A DNA stretch of 53,318 nt from a virus (taxonomy: Duplodnaviria > Caudoviricetes). Each line of letters starts with the position of its first letter. Within the stretch, counting starts at the first letter, position 1. The stretch lies in IMG/VR virus record IMGVR_UViG_3300037602_000009, positions 1-53,318 of that record, one strand, 5' to 3'. A model generated the notes under the pieces. That model worked only from the letters and a program-made list of their open reading frames with translations, was not told the origin of the DNA and did not search any database. The position numbers were made by a program, and so were the translations under genes. Below, in pieces: positions 17,742-26,677 of this stretch.

Positions 17742-17893
17742 TTGACCTGCTAAAGGCCCAAAGATACAGTTCAGCCGGTTTGGCGCATAGCGCCGCCGAT
17801 ACCGTGAGCGAGGCGACCGGCGAGGCCTGGGTGACAAAGTTCAGCCCTCAACGCCTAGGCGACCGGACCCCATTTGTGATTGTGAGGAAGTGA
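17738..17893 (+). CDS. Small hypothetical protein (51 aa, not in ORF track)
   Basis: ATGA overlap with the upstream gene and overlap with the downstream start; fills the gap. Confidence 0.5.
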   Translation: MIDLLKAQRYSSAGLAHSAADTVSEATGEAWVTKFSPQRLGDRTPFVIVRK

Positions 17894-18111
17894 TGGACAA
17901 GGCATTCGTTGGAACCCTGAAGGATGGGACGGGCCGCCGGTTCTTTGCCGTGGAGCGCAACGGACGGCAAATGCCCCTCCTGGACGGGAAAGGTGAGGTG
18001 GAGTTCTGGGACCCTTACAACTACGGTTCCAAGAACGCGGCTGAGGCTTCATTCAGCCGCGTTCTTCAGGTAATGGATAAGCCTGAGACATTGAAGGTGG
18101 TGAACCCATGA
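17890..18111 (+). CDS. Hypothetical protein
   Basis: GAGG RBS; coupled in the operon. Confidence 0.7.
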   Translation: MMDKAFVGTLKDGTGRRFFAVERNGRQMPLLDGKGEVEFWDPYNYGSKNAAEASFSRVLQVMDKPETLKVVNP

Positions 18112-18251
18112 GCAAATCCCTTGGTTGGCTCGCCCTCGGGGCGGCAGTGGTTCTGGTCCTCTGGATTATGGCCGCAGATCATTCACAGTCGATGGAGCGC
18201 TGCCAAGCGGTGGCGAGCTTCGACACTTGTCATAAGGCGCTGAACCCATGA
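18108..18251 (+). CDS. Small membrane protein (47 aa, not in ORF track)
   Basis: MSKSLGWLALGAAVVLVLWIMAADHSQSMERCQAVASFDTCHKALNP; ATGA overlaps on both sides. Confidence 0.65.
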   Translation: MSKSLGWLALGAAVVLVLWIMAADHSQSMERCQAVASFDTCHKALNP

Positions 18252-19123
18252 TTTTCAAAGAGGAACTGGTTGTTCAATTGTTCTCAGATGCCCGAGAACG
18301 GTACAACATAAAACTGAAGCGGGATCGGGGAGAAATCAAGCCCTGGACAGATCACCCGTTCATGAGCGTCTATCATATGTGCAATGTCTTCCGGGACGAT
18401 GACGCAGTGAGTCAATACATTATGCGGGGCCTCTTGCCCCGAAATCAGGGCCAGGAGTGGTGGTTGGTTGTACTCGCCCGGCTGATCAATAATGAGGAAA
18501 GCCTGAAGCGGTTAGACCTAAATCGCATTGATCTATCAGAAATATTACTCAACACTTCAGCCTACAAGCTCAATACGCCCCTGGGCCTCAACAACCGACA
18601 AGGTATCCTGGAGTTGGTCGAAAAGGCCAGGAAGCGAAATTGGCCAGTTGAGACGTCTTTGTGTGGAGCTTGGCAATCTCTTTGCTCTATAGGTCTTTCA
18701 GCGTTCATAGCGTACCAGGCTGCGCATGACCTGAAGGGCTCTGACCTGCCGGCAGTACCAGAGGATGCCGACACCTGGACCTTCATGGGCATCGGCGCTG
18801 AGAGGGGCGCTTTGCGCCTCCGGGGCCACAACCTGGTGGAGTGGTATCGGGCCCAAGGCTTCAAGAAGCAAGAGGACGGGACCCGGGCGGACGGGCTTCC
18901 AGGCGGAGCCAGAATCAAAAAAGCTCTGAGAGAGTTGGAGGGTTCTGAAGATTGGGCCCTGAAAGCAGCTATTGAGGTATTGAAACTTTCCAAGGAGCCA
19001 GATTTGTGGCCATCAAATTGGCCCGCCTGGCATCTTGGGGAAGCGGAGCACATGTTGTGCGAGTTTGATAAACTGGAACGCTGGCGTCAGATCGGACCAG
19101 CGGGAGCAAGGAGATTTAGATGA
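18248..19123 (+). CDS. Second, divergent aGPT-Pplase1 / HMUDK-helical-domain protein
   Basis: ERYNIKLKR..G..KPWTDHP...CNVFRDDD, AFIAYQAAHDL, GIGAERG and EHMLCEFDK match the paralog at 5462; AT-rich. Confidence 0.8.
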   Translation: MIFKEELVVQLFSDARERYNIKLKRDRGEIKPWTDHPFMSVYHMCNVFRDDDAVSQYIMRGLLPRNQGQEWWLVVLARLINNEESLKRLDLNRIDLSEILLNTSAYKLNTPLGLNNRQGILELVEKARKRNWPVETSLCGAWQSLCSIGLSAFIAYQAAHDLKGSDLPAVPEDADTWTFMGIGAERGALRLRGHNLVEWYRAQGFKKQEDGTRADGLPGGARIKKALRELEGSEDWALKAAIEVLKLSKEPDLWPSNWPAWHLGEAEHMLCEFDKLERWRQIGPAGARRFR

Positions 19124-19320
19124 CCGTCAAGCATGAATTGAGGAGCTGTCCTGTATGCGGGACGCTCACCACCGTCAAGGTGCGCCGCCCCAATCACGTC
19201 CTTCACGCCGTGCTGAGCGTGATCACGTTTGGTTTCTGGCTCCCGATCTGGGCGCTGGCCGGACTTGAGAGCCTGTTCCACCGTGGACGGGTGAAGTGCC
19301 CCCGGGGGTGCTCACGATGA
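19120..19320 (+). CDS. Small Zn-ribbon membrane protein
   Basis: CPVC...NHVLHAVLSVITFGFWLPIW...CPRGC. Confidence 0.7.
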   Translation: MTVKHELRSCPVCGTLTTVKVRRPNHVLHAVLSVITFGFWLPIWALAGLESLFHRGRVKCPRGCSR

Positions 19321-19613
19321 CCCGTTATGAAGTTGGAACGGACGGGCCGCCGGTCGGGGATTGGCGGCACTGTACATATCGGGGACCTGATAAGACGCTG
19401 AAGGGCAAAGGAGCCCTGGTGTCGACAAACGCACGCAACCAAACGGTTGTCCAGTTTGATGACGTCACAACCGGATATGGCGGAGGCTGGCACTTGTTTG
19501 ACGGTGACGTCTGGGAGCCGGACCAGGATCACGAACCTCAATTTTCTGTGTCGCAAGATGGAGGGCCAATGCACGCTCATCTTCTCGGCAAAGCCAAGCT
19601 GGACAACTACTGA
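19317..19613 (+). CDS. Hypothetical protein
   Basis: ATGA-coupled ORF in the operon. Confidence 0.65.
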   Translation: MTRYEVGTDGPPVGDWRHCTYRGPDKTLKGKGALVSTNARNQTVVQFDDVTTGYGGGWHLFDGDVWEPDQDHEPQFSVSQDGGPMHAHLLGKAKLDNY

Positions 19614-19843
19614 TGAAGAACCCCCGATATGTTGCCGCTGGGCTCCGGGGGTCGGCTAGGGGCTTCCAGAACTATAGCCGGGCGAACTACCAGGACCTGG
19701 GGCCGATCATGCTACGGCTCAGCGAGGGGCCGCTAGAGCCCTGGGTCAGGGAATGGGCCATCCATCTTCAGAATGAGCAGCGGAAGTCCAGCAGGAAGGC
19801 TCGGGCTCAGCTGTTTCGACTGCTGAGGCTTCAACGTGGTTGA
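19613..19843 (+). CDS. Hypothetical protein
   Basis: TGATG-coupled ORF. Confidence 0.55.
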   Translation: MKNPRYVAAGLRGSARGFQNYSRANYQDLGPIMLRLSEGPLEPWVREWAIHLQNEQRKSSRKARAQLFRLLRLQRG

Positions 19844-20015
19844 GACGCCCTGCGTGAAGGTGTGCCGCTTGGAGGATGGGGTGTGTATCGGGTGCCGCCG
19901 TACCCTCCAGGAGATTGCTGAATGGAAACGCATGACCCCTGAAGAGCGGGCCAAGATTATGGAGAGATTGGATGGGTTCAATCGTCCTGCTGGGGGTCGC
20001 CCCGGCGACGCATAA
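19836..20015 (+). CDS. DUF1289-like Cys-rich (putative Fe-S) protein (59 aa, not in ORF track)
   Basis: TPCVKVCRLEDGVCIGCRRTLQEIAEWKRMTPEERAKI. Confidence 0.8.
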   Translation: MVETPCVKVCRLEDGVCIGCRRTLQEIAEWKRMTPEERAKIMERLDGFNRPAGGRPGDA

Positions 20016-20166
20016 CGACATCTTAACTAGGATCGAAAAGCTGGGTCCGATCTATCGCCGGGACTTCTTGACGTATCGCCGGGATGTGGGAACAATCATC
20101 GTGTTCGGTGAAGTTGGGTTGGTAATTGAGAGACAAGAGCCCGGGAAAGTTGTTGAGCCTTCTTAG
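19972..20166 (+). CDS. Hypothetical protein
   Basis: GGAGAG RBS; last ORF before the non-coding element. Confidence 0.5.
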   Translation: MGSIVLLGVAPATHNDILTRIEKLGPIYRRDFLTYRRDVGTIIVFGEVGLVIERQEPGKVVEPS

Positions 20167-20202
20167 GTTCGGGGCGTGATTTTCGGCCCGGAAGTCGAGA
20201 AC

Positions 20203-20426
20203 GTTAAGACGTAGTTAAGACGCCCAAAGCACAGGGGCGTCAGGCCATTCTTAACGTTCTTAGGTTTCTCGGGTCACTTTATATTCGCCGGTGTAACGTC
20301 ACTTTCATATACCCCTATTTGAAAGTTAAGAAACATAAGTAAGTTAAGATTCAGGTGAGAAATCAACGGGTTGCTGATCTTAACTTCAGGGGTCGGGTAG
20401 GGTGCTAAGTTAAGAAACCAGTTCCC
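20203..20426. repeat. Duplicated AT-rich non-coding element, copy 1 (TTAAG box array; putative origin)
   Basis: 56-bp core 20284-20339 matches 45394-45449 at 55/56 positions; flanking GTTAAGA/TCTTAAC boxes lie at the same offset (25,110). Confidence 0.9.
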
Positions 20427-20428
20427 GG

Positions 20429-20457
20429 TTGCCCCGGCCTGCCCTTGGGCATATAAT
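20429..20457 (+). promoter_or_regulatory. Putative promoter of the packaging/structural operon
   Basis: TTGCCC-17 bp-TATAAT upstream of terS. Confidence 0.6.
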
Positions 20458-20491
20458 CCCCGCCACGATCAATCCGTGGAGGGAATGACCT

Positions 20492-21004
20492 GTGTCGCAG
20501 TTCGGCCTGGGCAATCAGTTTTGGAAACAGCGCAGCCGGCACGGTGTCAAGCCGGTCTTTCCCGAGGGGCCGGAAGGCGCGGATATGCTCCGCCAGGCCT
20601 GTGAGGACTATTTCCAGTGGTGTGATGACAACCCCCTGTATGAGGAGAAGGCCTTCAGCTTTGAGGGTATGGTCACCACCCACGACAGCCCTAAGCTCCG
20701 GGCATACACCCTCAACGGCCTGACCCTCTTCATCGACGTATCGGACCAGACGTGGATCAACTGGCGCAATAGTCGGGCTGATTTACTTGAGGTCATTACA
20801 TGGGCTGAAAAGGTCATCAAGGATCAGAAGTTTGTTGCTGCGGCAGCGGGCCTCCTGAACGCCAACATCATCAGCCGCGACCTTGGACTTGCCGACAAGA
20901 CTGAGCTCACCGGCCCCGGTGGCGGGCCGGTTCAGACCATCACCGGGGAGATGACCCCGGCTGAGGCGGCGGACCTCTATGCGCAGACCCGGGAGGCGAA
21001 GTGA
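20492..21004 (+). CDS. terS: Terminase small subunit (P22 gp3-like)
   Basis: GNQFWKQRSRHG, YFQWCDDNPL, RAYTLNGL and AAAGLLNANIISRDLGLADK. Confidence 0.9.
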   Translation: MSQFGLGNQFWKQRSRHGVKPVFPEGPEGADMLRQACEDYFQWCDDNPLYEEKAFSFEGMVTTHDSPKLRAYTLNGLTLFIDVSDQTWINWRNSRADLLEVITWAEKVIKDQKFVAAAAGLLNANIISRDLGLADKTELTGPGGGPVQTITGEMTPAEAADLYAQTREAK

Positions 21005-22698
21005 ACGCACACGCCCCGATCACGGCTGAGGCCCCGAGCTGGCCCCCGGATTATGTCCGCCTGTTCCAGTGGCGTCAGCGTCAGCTCATCCTGTTCCGCA
21101 CCAAGCCCGAGATGCTTGCGGCGGCCAAGCTGTACTACAAGGACCACCCAGTTGAGTTCATTGAAGACTGGGTGGACACATACGATCCTCGCAATGCAGG
21201 CGTCCCGGGCAAGATCACCAGGATGCCCTTTGTCATGTTCCCGAGGCAGCGTGAGCTGACCTTGTTCTTGTACGCCTGCCTTGAGGGCGAGGCGGACGGC
21301 CTCATTGAGAAGTGCCGTGACGCCGGGGCCACGTGGCTATCGGTCGCCGTGTCGGTCCACCTCTGGCTGTTCTGGGACGGCATCTCCATCGGCTGGGGCT
21401 CCCGCAAGGAGCAGCTGGTGGACAAGCTCGGGGATATGGACAGCATCTTTGAAAAGATCAGGGCCGTGATCAGGGGCTTGCCGCCCGAGTTCCTCCCCGC
21501 CGGGTTCAGCGAGAAGGATCACATGACCTACATGCGGGTGCTCAACCCCGCGTCTCAGGCTTCCATCACCGGCGAGGCAGGCAACAACATCGGTCGCGGC
21601 GGTCGCAAGCGCATCTATTTCAAGGATGAAAGCGCCCACTATGAGCGCCCGGACCTGATTGAGGCTGCTCTGGGCGACAACACCCGCGTCCAGATCGACA
21701 TTTCATCAGTCAACGGCACAGGCAACGTGTTCCACCGTCGCCGGGAGAACGGCGTGGAGTGGGAGCCCGGCAAGCCGGTGGTCAAGGGAAAGGCCAACGT
21801 GTTTGTGTTCGATTGGCGACACCACCCGGAAAAGACGCTTGAGTGGTACAACGAGCGCCGCCAAAAGGCTGAGGATGAGGGCCTGCTCCACATCTTCGCC
21901 CAAGAGGTGGACCGCGACTACAGCAGCTCAGTGGAAGGTCGCATCATTCCCAAGGAGTGGATACAGGCCGCCGTCGATGCTCATGTCAAGCTCCAGTTCC
22001 TGGATGAGGGCAAGTGGGTTGCGGGCCTGGACGTGGCTGATGGAGGCGGGGACCGCAACGCCCTCGCCCAGCGCCGGGGCGTCGTGCTCAAGAAGGTTGA
22101 GGCCTGGGGTGCGGTTGACACAGGCGTGACGGCTCGCCGCGCTATCCAGAAGCTGACACGCCCCAACGAGACGGCCCTGATGTATGACTGCATCGGGGTC
22201 GGGGCAGGCGTCAAGAGCGAGTTCAACCGGCTCCGGGGCCTGGAGGAAAGCGGCGAGGTTGACACCACCAAGACCAAGTGGCCGCCCGGCCTGCGGGTGG
22301 AGCCCTGGAATGCTGGTCTGCCTCCTCTGTTCCCAGAGAAGCGGCTGATCAAGGGCGACAAGTCCAGCCCCCTGATCAAGGACCACTATCTGAACATCAA
22401 GGCCCAGGCTTGGTGGGAGCTGCGAGCCCGGTTCTGGAAAACCTTCCGTGCCATCACGGAGGGCATCGACTACGACACTGATGACCTCATCTCCATCGAC
22501 AGCTCGGGGTTCAAGACTGAGGACTTGGCCAAGCTCATTGATGAGCTGGCACAGGCCACTTCCTCTCTGAGCCCCGGTCGGCTAAAGTTGATGGTGGACA
22601 AGACCCCCGAGGGGACGCGCTCCCCGAACATGGCTGACGCGGTGGTGATGGCCTACTGGCCTGTCATGAGCCGGTACACCCTGGAGAATGTTGGATGA
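21001..22698 (+). CDS. terL: Terminase large subunit
   Basis: FPRQ, EKCRDAGATW, GRGGR, FKDESAH, ISSVNG, GLDVADGGGD and SPNMADA. Confidence 0.93.
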   Translation: MNAHAPITAEAPSWPPDYVRLFQWRQRQLILFRTKPEMLAAAKLYYKDHPVEFIEDWVDTYDPRNAGVPGKITRMPFVMFPRQRELTLFLYACLEGEADGLIEKCRDAGATWLSVAVSVHLWLFWDGISIGWGSRKEQLVDKLGDMDSIFEKIRAVIRGLPPEFLPAGFSEKDHMTYMRVLNPASQASITGEAGNNIGRGGRKRIYFKDESAHYERPDLIEAALGDNTRVQIDISSVNGTGNVFHRRRENGVEWEPGKPVVKGKANVFVFDWRHHPEKTLEWYNERRQKAEDEGLLHIFAQEVDRDYSSSVEGRIIPKEWIQAAVDAHVKLQFLDEGKWVAGLDVADGGGDRNALAQRRGVVLKKVEAWGAVDTGVTARRAIQKLTRPNETALMYDCIGVGAGVKSEFNRLRGLEESGEVDTTKTKWPPGLRVEPWNAGLPPLFPEKRLIKGDKSSPLIKDHYLNIKAQAWWELRARFWKTFRAITEGIDYDTDDLISIDSSGFKTEDLAKLIDELAQATSSLSPGRLKLMVDKTPEGTRSPNMADAVVMAYWPVMSRYTLENVG

Positions 22699-24536
22699 CC
22701 GATTTGATGACCACTGACAGCCTGCGCTCCCTGATCACCGGCCTGGGCGACCCGCTTCTGGACAAGTCCGCCTCTGTGGTCTATGGTCACCACGTCCTCA
22801 GCGACCTCCAGCTGATGAACGCCTATCGCAACACATGGTTGGCCAAGAAGATTGTCAACATCCCGGCCCTTGACGCCCTGCGCAAGTGGCGTGAGTGGCA
22901 GGCCGATCAGGGTCAGATCACGCTGATTGAGGGTGAGGAGAAGCGCCTGGGCCTCCAGCAGAAGGTACTCCAGTGCAAGACCCTCGCCAGGCTCTGGGGT
23001 GGAGCGGTCATCTACATCGGTGACGGCGGTGACGCCCAGGAGCCGTGGGAGCCTGAGAGCATCCAGAAGGGCGGCCTGAAGTATCTCACGGTGATGAGCC
23101 GCCGGGAGATGATCGCAGGCGAGCTGGAGCTGGACCCGACCCTTGAGACATACGGTTGGCCCAAGACCTATCAGGTGGCCAACTCTGTGGAGTTCTTGGA
23201 CATCCACCCGAGCCGGATTGTCGTTCAGATCGGTGACGCACACCCGGACCCCTGGAACACCATGACCAATGTCGGATGGGGTGACAGCGTCCTCCAGTCC
23301 GTGTGGACCTCCATCACGAATGCCGACAGCACGGCGGCCAACATCGCCAGCCTGGTGTTTGAGGCCAACGTGGATGTGTACAAAATCCCGGACCTGATGG
23401 AGCATCTGTCCAGCGCTGCCTATCGGGGCAAGCTCATCGACAAGTTCACGCTCGCCAACATCGGCAAGAGCGTGTCCAAGGCCCTCCTCACCGACAGCGA
23501 TGAGGAATATGAGCGCAAGCAGATCGCCTTCACCGGCCTCCCGGACGTGCTTCAGCAGTTCTTGATCCTGGTCTCCGGCGCGGCGGACATCCCGCTGACG
23601 CGCCTGCTTGGGCAGTCCCCCTCCGGGCTGAACAGCACCGGCGAACACGACATGAAGAACTATTATGACCGTGTTGCCTCCATGCAGACCCTGGAGATTG
23701 GCCCAGCACTCCACAAGCTGGATGAAGCCCTGATCCGCTCCGCTCTGGGCGACCGTCCGGCTGAGATTTTCTACAAGTGGGCTCCCCTGGAGCAGATGAG
23801 CGAGAAGGAATTGGCTGAGATCGGCAAGATGAACGCTGAGACAGCCAACATCCTCGCCGGCACCGGCCTCTTCATGCAGGAGGAGCTGCGTGAGGTTGTC
23901 GGCAACCAGTTTGTTGAGGATGGGTTCTATCCAGGCCTTGGCGACCTGCTCAAGAAGAATGGTGAACAGCTGCCCGAGTTTGACCTTGAGCGCCGTGCGA
24001 CGGAAGCCGGGGTCAAGGCACTTGAGGCCGGTCCTCAGCCCGAGGAGCCCGGCGTGACCGGCGACGCAGCCCCGCGCCCCCTGTACCTGCGCCGCGACGT
24101 CAAGAACGCGGCTGACATCATCAAGTGGTACAAGGACCAGGGCGTGCCCGAGGTCTATGCGCCTGAGAGCATGCACGTCACTATTGTGTACAGCAAGAAG
24201 CCGATGGACTGGATGGCGATGGGCCAGCCTTGGGATGCGACCCTTGAAATCCCCGAGGGCGGCCCGCGCATCAGTGAGCGCTTCGGGGACATGGGTGACG
24301 TCCTTGTCCTGCTGTTCGCCTCCAACGAGCTTCAGTGGCGGCACGGCCTGGCCAAGGAGCTGGGCGCAAGCAGCGACTTCCCCGAGTATCAGCCGCACAT
24401 CTCCATCAGCCTGCGTGCGAGCGAGATTGACCTGGTCAACGTCAAGCCGTGGACCGGCCCAATCATCCTCGGGCCGGAGGTCTATGAGGAGATTGACGAC
24501 GCGGGTGACTGGCGTGAGAAGGTCGCCACTGAATGA
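22695..24536 (+). CDS. Portal protein (DUF1073 type) fused to C-terminal Acb1-like 2H phosphoesterase
   Basis: Portal motifs WLAKKIVNIPA, ARLWGG, IHPSR, WGDSVLQ and AADIPLTRLLGQSPSGLNSTGE; C-terminal ~160 aa with HVT and HIS 2H motifs. Confidence 0.9.
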   Translation: MTDLMTTDSLRSLITGLGDPLLDKSASVVYGHHVLSDLQLMNAYRNTWLAKKIVNIPALDALRKWREWQADQGQITLIEGEEKRLGLQQKVLQCKTLARLWGGAVIYIGDGGDAQEPWEPESIQKGGLKYLTVMSRREMIAGELELDPTLETYGWPKTYQVANSVEFLDIHPSRIVVQIGDAHPDPWNTMTNVGWGDSVLQSVWTSITNADSTAANIASLVFEANVDVYKIPDLMEHLSSAAYRGKLIDKFTLANIGKSVSKALLTDSDEEYERKQIAFTGLPDVLQQFLILVSGAADIPLTRLLGQSPSGLNSTGEHDMKNYYDRVASMQTLEIGPALHKLDEALIRSALGDRPAEIFYKWAPLEQMSEKELAEIGKMNAETANILAGTGLFMQEELREVVGNQFVEDGFYPGLGDLLKKNGEQLPEFDLERRATEAGVKALEAGPQPEEPGVTGDAAPRPLYLRRDVKNAADIIKWYKDQGVPEVYAPESMHVTIVYSKKPMDWMAMGQPWDATLEIPEGGPRISERFGDMGDVLVLLFASNELQWRHGLAKELGASSDFPEYQPHISISLRASEIDLVNVKPWTGPIILGPEVYEEIDDAGDWREKVATE

Positions 24537-25318
24537 AGTACGATCTGGCAGCCATGGTGAAGAACCGGCGGCCCGGGACGGCGGCTCAGTTGCCCGTCAT
24601 CCCGGTCCCCCTGGGCCTTGAGCGCTCATACCTCGCCCAGCTCCGCCGGATTGAACACGAGGTCGCCCGGGGCATCCGGGAGATCATCCTGCCCGCCTAT
24701 GTCAGCAAGCTGACCACGGACGCAGATGAGTCATCCATGTCCGCCCTCCGGCTGCTGGTCGGGGCGATGGTGCGGGCCGTCTCGGGACAGGTCTCACAGC
24801 TCATGGCCCTTGAGGGGGCGAACCATACCAAGAAGTGGATGACCAACGCCCGGCGAGCGTTCGGCATCAACCTCGCCTCTGTGATCCTTGAGAATGATCT
24901 TGAGGGCTTCATGGAGGCCGTGAGCTTGCGCAATGCCTCCCTCATTCAGGGCTTTGCTGACGACATCCTCAAGCGTGTCGCCACACAGACGGCAACAAGC
25001 CTTATTGCCGGTGAGTCAGCTGCCACGCTACAGGCGAAGCTGAAGCGCCAACTTGAGATCAGTGACGCCCGAGCCTGGCTCATCGCCCGGGACCAGACGG
25101 CCAAGCTCACTGCCGATCTGAACCGCAAGCGTCATGAGGACGCAGGCATTGACAGCTACATCTGGCGCACGAGCCAGGATGAGCGGGTGCGGCCTCGCCA
25201 TGCTGCGCTGGAGGGGAAGCGCTACAAGTACGGCGAGCCCACCGGCGCGGAGGAGGGTCTGCCCCCTGGGCAACCCATCCAGTGTCGATGCGTCGCCCAA
25301 GCAATCGTGGAGTTCTGA
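24533..25318 (+). CDS. Head morphogenesis / minor head protein (SPP1 gp7, Mu gpF)
   Basis: RAWLIARDQTAKL, YIWRTSQDERVRPRH and PGQPIQCRC. Confidence 0.92.
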   Translation: MKYDLAAMVKNRRPGTAAQLPVIPVPLGLERSYLAQLRRIEHEVARGIREIILPAYVSKLTTDADESSMSALRLLVGAMVRAVSGQVSQLMALEGANHTKKWMTNARRAFGINLASVILENDLEGFMEAVSLRNASLIQGFADDILKRVATQTATSLIAGESAATLQAKLKRQLEISDARAWLIARDQTAKLTADLNRKRHEDAGIDSYIWRTSQDERVRPRHAALEGKRYKYGEPTGAEEGLPPGQPIQCRCVAQAIVEF

Positions 25319-25498
25319 ATGTCATGTCGTTGCGCTGAGAGGCGAGCAGCAATTGTTGGGGCTGTGAAGCAACCAACCACAGTCTTGACGGCTGCCAGAT
25401 TTGTCGCTAAAACGGGAGCCCAAGACGTTGCCACCGTGACCGCTGAGGGAACAAGGCGTGTTATGGACTTCCTCCAGAGAAGGGGGCTGAGGAGCTGA
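25319..25498 (+). CDS. Small hypothetical protein (59 aa, not in ORF track)
   Basis: MSCRCAERRAAIVG...; exactly fills the gap and is TGATG-coupled to the next gene. Confidence 0.55.
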   Translation: MSCRCAERRAAIVGAVKQPTTVLTAARFVAKTGAQDVATVTAEGTRRVMDFLQRRGLRS

Positions 25499-26667
25499 TG
25501 CAGTTCACCGATGCAGTAACGATCAAGGGCACACGTCTCCGTGACGATGGTTATCTTGTCGTGGACGCTCGGGTGGCTCGCACCGGCATCCAGCGCTATC
25601 TTGGCAGTGAAGTGGGTCGCCCGGACCTCGCCGTGGTCGATGTGTACCGGCCCGAGGCTGAAGTGTTCAGCGCCGATGCCATGGCATCCTTTGCCCACCG
25701 TCCCGTCACCGACGATCACCCCAAGGGGGCTGTGACTGCTGACAACTGGAAACAGCTGTCAGTCGGCCAGACCGATGGTGAGATCAAGCGTGATGGCGAC
25801 TTCCTCCGCATCCCCCTCATGGTGGCCGATGCCGCGACCATTCAGAAGGTTCAGGCTGGAAAGCGTGAACTGAGCGCAGGATACACCTGCGACCTGAAGT
25901 GGGAGCCCGGCACCACCCCGGACGGCCTCAAGTATGATGCTGTCCAGACCAACATCCGCGCCAACCACGTGGCAATCGTCACGCGGGGCCGCGCCGGTTC
26001 AGATGTTCGCATTGGCGACGATGCTGACAAGTGGGGCACCGCCCCGATCACCACCGCGCACGACAAGGAGACTTCCATGACCACGCGCAATGTTATGGTG
26101 GATGGGCTTTCGGTTGAAACTACCGATGCTGGTGCCCAGGCCATCACCAAGCTGCTCGCAGACCGCAAGACCCTTGAGGACAAGCTCCGTGAGCAGGACC
26201 AGGAAAACGACAAGAAGCTCAAGGCCAAGGACGCTGAAGTCAGCGCCATCCAGGCCAAGCTGGACGATGCCCTGGGCAAGGTCCTCACCCCGGATGCCGT
26301 CTCCAAGCTGGTGGCTGACCGTGTTGCCCTGGAAGCGACGGCGGCCAAGATCACCCCGGACGTGAAGGCCACCGGCCTGTCCGATGCGGCCCTGAAGCAG
26401 GCCGTGGTCAAGGCGAAGCTCGGGGACAAGCTCCCGGCTGAGCGTCTCGCTGATCAGGCGTACATCGACGCCCGGTTTGACATCCTCGCTGAAGATGCCG
26501 GCAAGACGCAGGACACCTTCCGTCAGGCCCGCATGGGCGACGGTCGCCCGGCGGCCCCGGGCTCCGCTCCGCTCAATATGAGCGATGCTCAGCGCGTTCG
26601 CCAGCAGGCCTTTGATGACCTGCTCCACTTCGATCAGACTGGTGCCGAGCGCCAGGCTGCCAACTGA
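25498..26667 (+). CDS. DUF2213 prohead protease / scaffold
   Basis: ARTGIQRY, VYRPEAEVF, PVTDDHP, RELSAGY and NHVAIVTRGRAG; coiled-coil C-terminus. Confidence 0.88.
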   Translation: MQFTDAVTIKGTRLRDDGYLVVDARVARTGIQRYLGSEVGRPDLAVVDVYRPEAEVFSADAMASFAHRPVTDDHPKGAVTADNWKQLSVGQTDGEIKRDGDFLRIPLMVADAATIQKVQAGKRELSAGYTCDLKWEPGTTPDGLKYDAVQTNIRANHVAIVTRGRAGSDVRIGDDADKWGTAPITTAHDKETSMTTRNVMVDGLSVETTDAGAQAITKLLADRKTLEDKLREQDQENDKKLKAKDAEVSAIQAKLDDALGKVLTPDAVSKLVADRVALEATAAKITPDVKATGLSDAALKQAVVKAKLGDKLPAERLADQAYIDARFDILAEDAGKTQDTFRQARMGDGRPAAPGSAPLNMSDAQRVRQQAFDDLLHFDQTGAERQAAN

Positions 26668-26677
26668 GGGCTGACCG

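Noticed and set aside
22653-24398. 581-aa minus-strand ORF
   Set aside because: Antisense shadow of the portal gene.
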